A DNA stretch of 49,012 nucleotides from a virus (IMGVR_UViG_3300005832_000020:1-49012), one strand, 5' to 3'. Positions 25,894 to 35,388 are shown, numbered from the stretch's first letter. Numbers and translations: made by a program. Notes: generated by a model from the sequence alone, not told the origin.

Positions 25894-26395
25894 TGATTGC
25901 TCTCCCTATTCTATAAACCCTCGGAACTTGGACACTTAACACTCCTCTTAACCTGTTAAGATTATCCTTGGTTATACTTTCAATTTTATTTCTGAAATCC
26001 TTGGCCTTTCTTCTCTGAGTTTGAAGGTCCAACTCAATAAGATAATCCTCTAACTGTTTCTGTGAATACCTCCAAGGATCTCCAAATTGCAACTTAATCA
26101 AAATATCCGTTCCCAGTTCTCTATAATCCCCTTTATCAGTCCTAACAGTAAGCATATGAAACGGTTTCTTCCCATTCCTCGGAACTCGCCAGATTTCCCA
26201 CTTATTACTCCCCCAATCCCAACGAACTTCTAGTTCTGGATCAAGCTTTTTAAGCTGTTTAGTAAACCCTCTATCCGGAACCATAGCAACATGGTTTACA
26301 GCTCTCCACTGTTCCATCGTACTCGGTTCCTTTGGCGCAAGTTGTTCTATCAACCCACGCTTTGGCATTTTATCTGTAACTATAATTTTATTCAT
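25880..26395 (-). CDS. Hypothetical protein (171 aa)
   Basis: ATG 26395 is preceded by gaagaggcagga. The longer TTG start at 26470 would run through the 26434-26466 stem-loop and lacks proper RBS spacing. Confidence 0.5.
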   Translation of the reverse strand: MNKIIVTDKMPKRGLIEQLAPKEPSTMEQWRAVNHVAMVPDRGFTKQLKKLDPELEVRWDWGSNKWEIWRVPRNGKKPFHMLTVRTDKGDYRELGTDILIKLQFGDPWRYSQKQLEDYLIELDLQTQRRKAKDFRNKIESITKDNLNRLRGVLSVQVPRVYRIGRAISGKD

Positions 26396-26433
26396 TCCTG
26401 CCTCTTCTACCAATCCTGCCTTTTTGATAATAT

Positions 26434-26466
26434 GGAAGGGGCTAACGGCAGGAATTAGCCCCTTCC
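26434..26466 (-). promoter_or_regulatory. 11-bp perfect stem-loop (ggaaggggcta / tagccccttcc) between two late genes
   Basis: Read directly. There is no flanking U-tract in the - sense, so it may be an attenuator, an RNA-stability element or a processing site. Confidence 0.4.
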
Positions 26467-26476
26467 ACAAGGCCCC

Positions 26477-27091
26477 TTATACCGCGTCAGGAGCTTCCCA
26501 TTGACTACGATGTCTCCCAGTTATATCCGTAGCCTCAATCTCATAGCCCAGCTCAATTCCAAGCAATTTGCACTCGTCTGCAGTAGCACTACCAAGAGCA
26601 TTTAACTCTACTGAAATAGCTGCAGCCATGTCCGTACTGGTTAAATAACTCTCCCAACTCAAATCAGTCCACACAGTAACTTCCAACGAAGCTGCATTAG
26701 TAGAACAGGTATGAGCCGCAAACGTAGTACTTACATCCGCTCCGGCAATAAACTCAGTCATTGCATCTGTTCGGCCAAAGAATTTACTGGTAACTATAAA
26801 ACCCGGAGTATCTGCATCTGTAGAAGCGTGCTGAAACCACAGCCTTGCATAAACCTTCTTCTCCCTATTCAAATCCCAAGGAATCGGAAAGATATGAGCT
26901 ACCTCATCAGCCGTATCCATAGGAACACCTGCCAACTCACTCGTCGTAATTGGTTCAAGTGTCGGTGTCCCCTGGCTAAGAGAAATCGTACTCGTACCGT
27001 TATTATCCATCCCTGCGAAAGTAACCACAGGAATCCAAAGCTTTTTAAGCTTCCAGCCAATATGTTTATCTACTACTAATCCTCCACCCAC
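26477..27091 (-). CDS. Hypothetical protein directly downstream of the major capsid gene (204 aa); possibly a capsid decoration or accessory protein
   Basis: aaggagg lies 7 nt upstream of GTG 27091. The functional suggestion is positional only. Confidence 0.4.
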   Translation of the reverse strand: MGGGLVVDKHIGWKLKKLWIPVVTFAGMDNNGTSTISLSQGTPTLEPITTSELAGVPMDTADEVAHIFPIPWDLNREKKVYARLWFQHASTDADTPGFIVTSKFFGRTDAMTEFIAGADVSTTFAAHTCSTNAASLEVTVWTDLSWESYLTSTDMAAAISVELNALGSATADECKLLGIELGYEIEATDITGRHRSQWEAPDAV

Positions 27092-27107
27092 GGTATTACC
27101 TCCTTTA

Positions 27108-27142
27108 TCCTCGATCGATTCATGAGCTGAACCGATCGAGGT
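27108..27142 (+). repeat. 35-bp quasi-palindrome family, copy 9 (tcctcgatcgattcatgagctgaaccgatcgaggt)
   Basis: Arms cctcgatcg/cgatcgagg. It lies between the capsid stop (27151) and the next start (27091). The T-tract lies on the + side only. Confidence 0.7.
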
Positions 27143-27150
27143 TTTGTTGA

Positions 27151-28530
27151 TTACAGTGTGTATGCAAGATCAGCAATGACCGCTTGACTGTTTCTTCGAC
27201 GACAACCCATTTCCAGATACCGGAAGAGGACAGCTTCATAAGCATCTTTATTAGCTATACGAGACAATACACTTCCATCTTTGTCCATCCACTGGTAGTC
27301 ACTCATCTCATAGATGCTGAAATCTTTGAGGGTTAAGAAATACATTTCACCATCAATAGCATCGTCAGGATCAGCTACAAGAGGAATACCGTTGTACTCA
27401 AGCCCGGTATACCCTCCGTCCAGAGACATCACGTTGACGGTTCGTCGGTCGACTCGACAGAGATCTGCATACTCACGTCGAATTGCCTGAGTGGTCAAAA
27501 TAATATCCGGACCATAATTCTTACCGGCCATCTTCTCAACATAGTCAAACGCCTTGTCCATGTCTTGAAAAGTCAAAGCACGCTGACCAGCATATCTACC
27601 ACTCGGATGCTTATAGACCTTAGACCTCCACCACGGATACGTAGCTACAGCCAAACCTTGAAAAGGATCGTTGACTGTGAATCCAGTATTGGTTCCGTCG
27701 TAACAGATAATTTCATCGAGGTCTGAATCCGTAACTATCCCACGAAGACCCATAGGTTCCAGCCGGAAATGCCCTGCAGGGCTGGCTGCTGTAGAATAAA
27801 GACCGCTTGCAGGTCTGACGAAAAAGGTACCTGCAGCTTCAGTAACGACGGGGTCAGTACCAGTAACAGTATCATAAGTAGCAACACTGTCGTCAATTGC
27901 ACTTATCGCCATATCGGTATCATCTATCGTGAGAACAGTAACCACCGAGCCTGCAGCTGTAAACACCACGGGAACTGCGCTGTTATTCTCCGCAACATAC
28001 TTCGCTCCAAACGTAGAACCAAAGCCGTCTGAACCTACAGTGTTCGCACGATAAGCCTTTTGCCACGTTTGAGTACCTCCAGTCCCCGACCGCCATCTTG
28101 CCAAGACACCATAACCACAACCCCAGAGCATTCTGTTAACCTCTTTCCTGAGATCATCAGCAATCCCTGTCATTTCAGTGTCGATTACCCGAGCATAAGC
28201 TCCACGGTCATCACGAGTACTTGCAATGGTAGGCCCAGAGAATGCTACAGTACCGTAGATCCTCTTCATACCAACGTCCATTACTTTAAACTTTTGATAT
28301 CCAGCCGCCGGCAAGTCAGCCGCATCGGCTCTTGCTCCTGTGCCAGTTGACCGCCCATATCTACACTCGATATGAGCAACGCTACCAGATACATCGGTGC
28401 TATTCCTATCAATAAATGTAGTAAGAATATTGCTCTGATGAATCTGATCTTGAATAACCGGCAGATAGATTTCTTTTAAAACTTCTGAATAATTGCTCAA
28501 AATTGCAGCAATCGTCAAATCTGTTGCCAT
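27151..28530 (-). CDS. Major capsid protein (HK97-fold type, 459 aa)
   Basis: Strong RBS aggagagtaaaaa. It follows a scaffold-like gene. The N-terminal pattern ...YLPVIQDQIHQSNILTTFI...GRSTGTGARADAADLPAAGYQKF...GTVAFSG is typical of HK97-family capsid proteins. Confidence 0.75.
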   Translation of the reverse strand: MATDLTIAAILSNYSEVLKEIYLPVIQDQIHQSNILTTFIDRNSTDVSGSVAHIECRYGRSTGTGARADAADLPAAGYQKFKVMDVGMKRIYGTVAFSGPTIASTRDDRGAYARVIDTEMTGIADDLRKEVNRMLWGCGYGVLARWRSGTGGTQTWQKAYRANTVGSDGFGSTFGAKYVAENNSAVPVVFTAAGSVVTVLTIDDTDMAISAIDDSVATYDTVTGTDPVVTEAAGTFFVRPASGLYSTAASPAGHFRLEPMGLRGIVTDSDLDEIICYDGTNTGFTVNDPFQGLAVATYPWWRSKVYKHPSGRYAGQRALTFQDMDKAFDYVEKMAGKNYGPDIILTTQAIRREYADLCRVDRRTVNVMSLDGGYTGLEYNGIPLVADPDDAIDGEMYFLTLKDFSIYEMSDYQWMDKDGSVLSRIANKDAYEAVLFRYLEMGCRRRNSQAVIADLAYTL

Positions 28531-28533
28531 TTT

Positions 28534-29295
28534 TTACTCTCCTAATTTGTTATTGAGATATTCCCTAACAGCATCTCTTGTACTTACCTGACCTTTTTCA
28601 ATCTTCCTATTAGTAAGCACAATCTTTTTGCCCTTAAACTTGGAACCTAAACCACCTTCAGGACCTGGTTCCCTTATTTTGTTTGCATCAAATTTAGCCA
28701 AATCAATACCAAATTCCTTTGCAAATCTTGCCCGAAGTTCCTCTTGGGTACGAGTCTTTTCGACTACAGCTTCTTTAGCGAGATCAAAGACAGGCTTTGT
28801 TCGTTCTGTAGAAGCCTTAACAATCAATTTCGAGACATCTTCATCAGACAACTCAGGGTAGCGTTTCTGAATCTCCCTACGAAGTTCCAACCGTACAAGT
28901 TTAGTATTATCATTCCGAAGGTTTTCAATAGTTTCTACCATTTCAGCAACCTTCGTTGATAATTCATTTAACTCCGTATTAGAAACATCTTTGGGTTTAG
29001 CAGAAATCACAGGAGGTTCCTCACTACGCCTGGCTTCCCTTTTGAGATTTATCTCTCCATTTTCTGTTATAATACCGTGTTCTATAAGCTGAGGAATTAA
29101 TTGAAGTGCTCGTTCAGCTTGCGAAACAAATTCCTCTGGCTCAACTTGATAACGCTCAGCTACCGTTGTAAACGGCTTTGTGCGTGTTATCATCTCTTCT
29201 GCTTGAGCAGCTTTCTGTACCAGTTCTTTAATTTCCCCAGGACTGTAAGTTTTTCCGTCTAATTCAATCCCAGTTGAACTTTGTTCTTCACTCAT
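28534..29295 (-). CDS. Scaffolding protein (acidic, helical, 253 aa)
   Basis: It lies between the portal and capsid genes and is E/K-rich and coiled-coil-like. aaggagg gives better spacing to ATG 29295 than to ATG 29298. Confidence 0.55.
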   Translation of the reverse strand: MSEEQSSTGIELDGKTYSPGEIKELVQKAAQAEEMITRTKPFTTVAERYQVEPEEFVSQAERALQLIPQLIEHGIITENGEINLKREARRSEEPPVISAKPKDVSNTELNELSTKVAEMVETIENLRNDNTKLVRLELRREIQKRYPELSDEDVSKLIVKASTERTKPVFDLAKEAVVEKTRTQEELRARFAKEFGIDLAKFDANKIREPGPEGGLGSKFKGKKIVLTNRKIEKGQVSTRDAVREYLNNKLGE

Positions 29296-29572
29296 CATTA
29301 CCTCCTTTCATTTTCACTTTCTTGGTTTTTACAGGGATTAACAATTCTGACAGTCCCCCATGAGATCTCCAGTACCCAATCACTACTGGTAAGATAACAT
29401 CAAACTTAGTCCTTGGGTGAAATCTTGTGAAAAGTATCTGAGCTTTTCGATCTTCCACTGTCGATCCAGTGAGTTGAGCCATAAACTCAGTATGCTTTTC
29501 CCAACAATTCTTTGCTGCCTGTAAACTTTCTACAAAGTTATTCCAGTTTTCAACTGCCTCGTTATTGTCCAC
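29288..29572 (-). CDS. Hypothetical protein (94 aa)
   Basis: aaggaggcagga precedes GTG 29572, which overlaps the portal stop by 11 nt. Confidence 0.55.
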   Translation of the reverse strand: MDNNEAVENWNNFVESLQAAKNCWEKHTEFMAQLTGSTVEDRKAQILFTRFHPRTKFDVILPVVIGYWRSHGGLSELLIPVKTKKVKMKGGNDE

Positions 29573-31484
29573 TCCTGCCTCCTTTTGCCCTTTCCATCAT
29601 ACTAAGCATTTGTTGCTGCTTTTCTTCTAGAAACTTTTCATGCATAGACATATGCTGTAATAAGACAGAATTTAAATAGTTATACTTCTCAGATTCCTGT
29701 AACTTAAGCCTCTGGAACTCTAAAACTTTCTGCGCGTTACCATGTTCTTTAAGATGAATTGAATGATTATCATAGCTGTTGACCAAATAGACATCCGCTT
29801 CACCAGACATAATAACATCATTCTCCCATCTTGCTACATGCTCATCTAACTGATCATCGCCGTAAATGTCTTCGACAATAGAATCCTCTACCATTCTCAA
29901 GACTTTTCGCTTAATCCTTGGATCAAGAGGATCACCGTATAAACCCTTTTGAAAACGGTCGAGAATCTGGGCCTCTCGCATTGACCTTGAATCCGGCACA
30001 GAACTTTGTCTTTTAACCGAAACGTCAGTATTACTCCGTAAATCTGCCCCTTTAAATGCAAAGACTTCAAAATTACCTTCAGTCCCTCGCACTTTTATCA
30101 TACGTTCAGTCTTGTATCCAGACTGAATCCTTTGTAATACCCTCGCAGCCAATGCTTCGATACCTTCTTCAAAAACAGAGTGCATTGGAATATTACCGTG
30201 AGCATCCTGTTCCCGAAGAAAAACTGCCATTTCACCACTTCTAATATCAGATCGGTTAGTTCCTCTACTAACCTCATGTTGGGAGTAAAGATTCTCAAAA
30301 GATCCTTTTGTAATTTCAAGAATAAGCGGATAAGTTGCCGGTAGTCCTTTGAGGGTCATAATCTCTGGTTTATGCCCCATCACCGGAGTATATTCCAACC
30401 ACTCTCCCATCTCATCATCAGGTAACCTATTAAGCTTAGCACTCCTCGGAACAAGACCCTTTCCACGAGCCATTGATTTGTTAAAATCTTCTATATCGTT
30501 CTTGGTACTATTCCAAGTTCTTTGGAGCGGTATGGCAAACTCACTCGTTGAAAGTCCCCAAAAAAGTCCAGGCATGTCAATATCTTTAAAATGCTCCAAA
30601 TGATAAGACTCGTAGGGATAAATGTCTTTTTGGAGAACAATCCCATTAGCCGCGATAACATGCAACCCCTTAGGATATAGTGCATTAGGTTTTATCTTCA
30701 AATTAATCTCAAATGCACCAGGCACCTCTTCATTATTCTGAACAGCCAAATTAGTCCCCAGGAACGCTGCAGATACTGTAGCCGAACTGGGACTTCCTTC
30801 ACTTTCAATCTCTTTCCCCCTCGAATACCTTGCAGGAAACCAGCTCAGTTCCCTCCACTTTTTCTTAATCAGCCAAGGAAATTCATCTACCTCTATATCA
30901 CCCAGCCCTGTATAAGGTACCAAGATATCAAAAGGAGACCAAACTCCAACATCAGCATCCCCAAGATAAACCAAATTTCCGTTTTCGTCCCTTTCAATCG
31001 GCCCTCCTTTTTCATCCCACCTATCATCAAGAAACCCATTCCCTGTTGCATAGATCCATTGACCGAGCCTCCTGAGTTTTCTTCTCATTCTATTGTTTTT
31101 AAAAAAACTCTTGAGAATCTTATCACCCATCTTAGCTGCTTTAATATCCTCTGGATCTGAACTATTAGGCACCACGCACATTTCCGGATTACTCTTAATA
31201 AGATCAGCAACTTGTCTTCTGTACTTAGGTAGTATCTGATTATCTACACTCTTTGTTCTACCCCTGCGCAGTTTAACCAGTTGCAGAGCGTGCAGCGTAG
31301 TGTTAAACCGAGTATACTGCTTTCCCATTATAAAAGCCATCGTTAGCAGCCACTGTTGTTCAAACGGCCTACGAAGACCCATACCAATTTCATCGAGCTC
31401 CATCACCATAGGCCAAAGTTCATCAGCTTTCTTTGGCTTAACTTTAACCTTATACTGGTCAGCCGCTTTGTTAAACGGTCTCAT
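29562..31484 (-). CDS. Portal protein (640 aa)
   Basis: Its size, its position upstream of the scaffold and capsid genes, and the N-terminal RRPFEQQWLLTMAFIMGKQY pattern typical of portals. RBS gggagactaata. Confidence 0.7.
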   Translation of the reverse strand: MRPFNKAADQYKVKVKPKKADELWPMVMELDEIGMGLRRPFEQQWLLTMAFIMGKQYTRFNTTLHALQLVKLRRGRTKSVDNQILPKYRRQVADLIKSNPEMCVVPNSSDPEDIKAAKMGDKILKSFFKNNRMRRKLRRLGQWIYATGNGFLDDRWDEKGGPIERDENGNLVYLGDADVGVWSPFDILVPYTGLGDIEVDEFPWLIKKKWRELSWFPARYSRGKEIESEGSPSSATVSAAFLGTNLAVQNNEEVPGAFEINLKIKPNALYPKGLHVIAANGIVLQKDIYPYESYHLEHFKDIDMPGLFWGLSTSEFAIPLQRTWNSTKNDIEDFNKSMARGKGLVPRSAKLNRLPDDEMGEWLEYTPVMGHKPEIMTLKGLPATYPLILEITKGSFENLYSQHEVSRGTNRSDIRSGEMAVFLREQDAHGNIPMHSVFEEGIEALAARVLQRIQSGYKTERMIKVRGTEGNFEVFAFKGADLRSNTDVSVKRQSSVPDSRSMREAQILDRFQKGLYGDPLDPRIKRKVLRMVEDSIVEDIYGDDQLDEHVARWENDVIMSGEADVYLVNSYDNHSIHLKEHGNAQKVLEFQRLKLQESEKYNYLNSVLLQHMSMHEKFLEEKQQQMLSMMERAKGGRSGQ

Positions 31485-31486
31485 TA

Positions 31487-31750
31487 TTAGTCTCCCGTAG
31501 TACCAATTAACTCTTCTTCATCTGTAGATTTATCAAGGGTATCTTGTAAATACACATCTTCGGGTAGTGTATACTCTTTAAGCGTTTGAAAGTCTTTTGC
31601 CATCAATCTATCAAGCAACTTCTCATTCATCTGTCGCAATCTTGCAATCTCATTTCTAAACTCACCAATAACAACACTTTGCATTGCTTGTTCAGCGATA
31701 AACTTATCAAGTTTTTCTTCAAACCTTTTTAGTACTTTCTTTTCAAACAT
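31487..31750 (-). CDS. Hypothetical coiled-coil protein (87 aa)
   Basis: ATG 31750 is preceded by gagaaagggcaggatt. The upstream ATG 31774 lies inside the 35-bp palindrome. Confidence 0.45.
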   Translation of the reverse strand: MFEKKVLKRFEEKLDKFIAEQAMQSVVIGEFRNEIARLRQMNEKLLDRLMAKDFQTLKEYTLPEDVYLQDTLDKSTDEEELIGTTGD

Positions 31751-31763
31751 AATCCTGCCCTTT

Positions 31764-31798
31764 CTCTCGATCATTACACACCGTGTAACGGTTTAGGT
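31764..31798 (-). repeat. 35-bp quasi-palindrome family, copy 5, the only copy in inverted orientation (- strand: acctaaaccgttacacggtgtgtaatgatcgagag)
   Basis: Intergenic, between 31815-32165 and 31487-31750. Confidence 0.7.
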
Positions 31799-31814
31799 TT
31801 TAGTGTAATTTCTT

Positions 31815-32165
31815 TCATTTTGGGTAATCTTTTCTTTTATAAGATTTACCCCACATATACCTCATAGGACTTACCAGTTTGCTATTTTTATTTTTAATCC
31901 AGTTGTCTATGTTATTACTAAATTCAACACAATAATCACAAACACCTAAACAATTATCTGGTTGCGAGCTTGGATACAGAAACGTACAACGATCTGGATT
32001 TTCAGTTGATTCTCTCCAGGCAACACACGGCTCTACTCTTGCACCTTGTGGAGGCGCGAGTAAACACACTGTTATCAAGTGCATTCGATAACGATAATGG
32101 GTAGTCCTCTTTTTCTCTTGCGTGGGAGCAACCGCGCCATTCATACTGTACTCCCAAATACTCAT
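31815..32165 (-). CDS. Hypothetical Cys-rich protein (116 aa)
   Basis: ATG 32165 lies 1 nt after the upstream stop. The protein has 7 Cys, including CLGVCDYC. Confidence 0.5.
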   Translation of the reverse strand: MSIWEYSMNGAVAPTQEKKRTTHYRYRMHLITVCLLAPPQGARVEPCVAWRESTENPDRCTFLYPSSQPDNCLGVCDYCVEFSNNIDNWIKNKNSKLVSPMRYMWGKSYKRKDYPK

Positions 32166-32166
32166 G

Positions 32167-32379
32167 TTACTCTACAGGCGGTGGTTTCCCGTTAGTTCTA
32201 CTAAACAGTTTCACAAACGGATTCTTAATAGCTTCGATTAATCTATCATCCCACTCGCTTTTTGTAAGTTTGGCTATCGCTAATAGTATAGCAAAAACCG
32301 ACGAAAGTGTAACTGCGTTATTCTTTACAAATTCCAAAACAATTCCATCACATCCAGTTTTTACAATCCACCAGTCCAT
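32167..32379 (-). CDS. Small membrane protein (70 aa); holin candidate
   Basis: One hydrophobic helix LSSVFAILLAIA is followed by KLTKSEWDDRLIEAI, which resembles the (T/S)xxDD(K/R)(I/L) motif of many small phage membrane proteins. TAATG junction. Confidence 0.35.
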   Translation of the reverse strand: MDWWIVKTGCDGIVLEFVKNNAVTLSSVFAILLAIAKLTKSEWDDRLIEAIKNPFVKLFSRTNGKPPPVE

Positions 32380-32651
32380 TAAAATATGTCTCCTAATAAC
32401 TCTAAACCTTTTGCAAATATATCAATTCGTGATAAAGCTGTTAAAACAATTAGCAAAATGATAACGCTGATTATTTTATAAGAAGTTCTTGACCAAAAAG
32501 ACCTGACCTTTTTAACCACCACATGATCTTGAGCATGTTCAAACGGTGTTGACCCGCTTCCTTTAAGGTCTACTGCATAAGGACAACAGGCATTCTTGAG
32601 AGCCTCTTGAATGACCTTTTTCAGATCTTCGTCAGTTGTTTTAATCTCCAT
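32379..32651 (-). CDS. Small C-terminally membrane-anchored protein (90 aa); candidate holin, antiholin or spanin-like protein
   Basis: The ATG 32651 TAATG junction. The C-terminal TM segment is YKIISVIILLIVLTAL. Confidence 0.3.
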   Translation of the reverse strand: MEIKTTDEDLKKVIQEALKNACCPYAVDLKGSGSTPFEHAQDHVVVKKVRSFWSRTSYKIISVIILLIVLTALSRIDIFAKGLELLGDIF

Positions 32652-34348
32652 TATTCCACCGAAGCTGAACTTCCTGAACTCCACGAAAGAGAAGTACCAG
32701 ATGATGCTGAAACCGACTCGTTTTTTTCCTGTGAGCTGTTTGTAACATCTTTATCTTCTATTGTGGCGAGTGGGTTGTCGCTTGTATCGTCTATTGTCCC
32801 TGTAACAGATGAATAGTTTAGCCCAATAGATACGCTATCTGTGTCATATACTATCGAGCTTCCGGTACAGACAACAGTATCAGTTCCTGTTCCGCTGGAA
32901 TAACTGAGAGATATAGGTCCAGCGTTCATCATGGTCACGTCATAGTCGCTACATAGTTCTCCAGTTGAGGCGGCTTCAACTGCTTCACTGTATACAAATG
33001 TCCATGAAAGACCGTTTGAGCCTATTGTAACTGTATTCAGGGTTGGCGGGGTACTATCTCCAGATTCATACTCAAATGCCCCCCTGTCCCATACTTCATC
33101 CCCGCCCCTTGTTATTCCCAGCATATCTAAATCATTTCCAGGAATAAGCGCTCCGGTATCATAGCCATCATTTGTTGCTGCTGTTAAAGTAAAATCTCCA
33201 CCAGCGGCATTTGTAAACGGATCTCCGGTTCCTATTTGTCGGTTGGCCTCAGTCGGAGTAGTAAAACTGTTACCGTAAAACCAGTTATAGTCGTGTGTCC
33301 CGTACAACGATCCGCTTGCGCAGGAGTTATTATAAAATATATTATTGTAGTTATACCACCCGGTGCCACTACCGGGTGATATTCCGCAATTGCCAGAACT
33401 ATTATAAACAACATTATTAAAGAATCTTACGTTATCAAACGTGCTTCCTGTATCTGTGGCGATTATACCATTCCCAGATACACAGTTTCCGTTAATAAAT
33501 AAATTGCCGTAAATATCCCATCCAGTTGGACCGGTTGTCAGTGTATCCAGGGCTATGATGCAACCAGTACCCTCCCATAAATCCCAGATATTATATCTTA
33601 CCACCACATTCGAAAGCTGGTGGAGACTCCACATCTCTGAATGTTCATCTCCGTTACTTTCGTTTTTGTAAAAGTAATTATACTCAACCAGCCATCCCGT
33701 TTCGGCAGGGGTGTTTCTGGCAGTATCTATCAAAGTCCTGCCAGAGTCGTGCAAATAAGAATACTGTAGGGTGATGTTATTAGCACCACCTGTTGAATAT
33801 ATGAGATCGTTGGCTCCGCCAACACAATCCCCATCATCCCCAACTCCCTCTATCTCCACATATCGGATGATAGAGTTAGACGAGTTGGTAATTAAAATTC
33901 CTTTGGATATGCAAGCCGACCCCGACAAGTCAATTTTTATTCCATGACCAGAGGTCCAGTTTGTTCTGGATACTCCATCTATAACCCAGTAATCGGTAGA
34001 CATCGTTACTTGACCAGCCCTAACAGCTTGTCCATCCCCATAAGTCGAAGACCATCCATCACCAGTTAAATTGCCACACTCATCGTAATTGGTAGCAGTG
34101 GCCTTTCTGATCGTGATGGTTTGCGTACCGCTTTCTGCGGTGTTAAGCGTCTTCGAGCCATAGCTCCCGTCCATCAGATAGTACGTATTCCCACGAACAA
34201 AAGTTAGTCCACTCCATGAAAGAGTATTATCCCAATCTATGCCAGTTCCAGACCCAGACCCAGAAGGTGAAACGCAATACGTTGCAGCATGCGTTGTCGA
34301 ACATACTACAAGGGAAAACATTAAAATAAGAAATGGTGTTCTTTTCAT
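32651..34348 (-). CDS. Secreted right-handed parallel beta-helix protein (565 aa) with a C-terminal Ig-like module; candidate polysaccharide depolymerase or tailspike
   Basis: Signal-peptide-like MKRTPFLILMFSLVVCSTTHA|ATYCV. PbH1-type repeats VRYNIWD, IYGNLFINGN, FFNNVVYNSSG and YNNIFYNNS. TAATG junction at 34348. Confidence 0.55.
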   Translation of the reverse strand: MKRTPFLILMFSLVVCSTTHAATYCVSPSGSGSGTGIDWDNTLSWSGLTFVRGNTYYLMDGSYGSKTLNTAESGTQTITIRKATATNYDECGNLTGDGWSSTYGDGQAVRAGQVTMSTDYWVIDGVSRTNWTSGHGIKIDLSGSACISKGILITNSSNSIIRYVEIEGVGDDGDCVGGANDLIYSTGGANNITLQYSYLHDSGRTLIDTARNTPAETGWLVEYNYFYKNESNGDEHSEMWSLHQLSNVVVRYNIWDLWEGTGCIIALDTLTTGPTGWDIYGNLFINGNCVSGNGIIATDTGSTFDNVRFFNNVVYNSSGNCGISPGSGTGWYNYNNIFYNNSCASGSLYGTHDYNWFYGNSFTTPTEANRQIGTGDPFTNAAGGDFTLTAATNDGYDTGALIPGNDLDMLGITRGGDEVWDRGAFEYESGDSTPPTLNTVTIGSNGLSWTFVYSEAVEAASTGELCSDYDVTMMNAGPISLSYSSGTGTDTVVCTGSSIVYDTDSVSIGLNYSSVTGTIDDTSDNPLATIEDKDVTNSSQEKNESVSASSGTSLSWSSGSSASVE

Positions 34349-35388
34349 TAATTTCCCCAATTTGTATCTTCTCTGACTTCGAAATTGTCTATAACAATGC
34401 TTTGGTTCTGGCGGTATATATACACTCCCGCCTTATCCATAATCTCGCCGGCATTAGTGGTGTTCGTATCCTGCCAACCACTAACTAAAGTAAAAGATGA
34501 ATCCCGTAATTCACAAACTACACTTGTGTCATCGTTATATACCAGATAAAAATAGTATGTTGCATCCGATACATCTTTGTCTGCTGGGTTCGTGCCAGTA
34601 CTCGCTCCGGTAGAATCTTCGGCGTATATGACATTTGCAGTGTTCGTGTCTGTGGTGAAATGGCAATCGGCAATAATGTCACTAGCCGATTCCAGAAAAA
34701 TGCCGAAGGCGTAAGAACCTCCTGCTCCATAGTTTAGCACGCGAAACTGCATCCTGGCATACACCGTAGAGTTTTCATGACCCGTGACAGGCGCTAACGC
34801 AGACCGCACTTCAGCAGTACCGGCAGTCACTAGGTTTGCGGAATGTGTTCCGCTCAATACTGTCCCGGTGTAGTCATCGTTCCAACCCGTTGGAGTAGTT
34901 GTCCATTGGGCATCGTCAGATTCATCTTCGAAGTCGGAATAAAAAAGGCCAGTGAAACCGCCTTGAGTAGAGTTATTCGTAAACCCCGTGGTCTTATCAT
35001 CTATTGCAGCAAGAGCATTGGTGGCAACATCGGTTATTGTCCCTTGAGTATAATCCAACCCGGTTGATATTGTTTCACCAGAGTTAACCGTTGCACTTCC
35101 GGTGCAGGTAAAAACAGAATCAGACCCCCTGGTTCCAGAAGCATATGTGAAAGTTATTGCCCCGGCAGTAGACATGGTGACGGTATAGCCATCGCACATA
35201 TCTCCGTCATCGGTGGCAGTGACAATCTCGTCATATGTGAACGTCCACGTGTCACCGTCAGCATCTATTACAAAGGTTGATAGGGTGGGTGAAGTAGTAT
35301 CTGCCCCTCCCGCATAATACCATCCAGCGGAGCAAGGCTTTATGTAATATAAATTAATTAATAAGCACAATAAAAAGATCTTTTTCAT
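34348..35388 (-). CDS. Secreted protein (346 aa): an N-terminal Ig-like module homologous to the C-terminus of 32651-34348, plus a C-terminal jelly-roll/lectin-like region
   Basis: Signal-peptide-like MKKIFLLCLLINLYYIKPCSA|G. The module DTTSPTLSTFVIDADGDTWTFTYDE...CTGS...GTITD...NALAAIDDK aligns to DSTPPTLNTVTIGSNGLSWTFVYSE...CTGS...GTIDD...NPLATIEDK. Confidence 0.5.
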   Translation of the reverse strand: MKKIFLLCLLINLYYIKPCSAGWYYAGGADTTSPTLSTFVIDADGDTWTFTYDEIVTATDDGDMCDGYTVTMSTAGAITFTYASGTRGSDSVFTCTGSATVNSGETISTGLDYTQGTITDVATNALAAIDDKTTGFTNNSTQGGFTGLFYSDFEDESDDAQWTTTPTGWNDDYTGTVLSGTHSANLVTAGTAEVRSALAPVTGHENSTVYARMQFRVLNYGAGGSYAFGIFLESASDIIADCHFTTDTNTANVIYAEDSTGASTGTNPADKDVSDATYYFYLVYNDDTSVVCELRDSSFTLVSGWQDTNTTNAGEIMDKAGVYIYRQNQSIVIDNFEVREDTNWGN

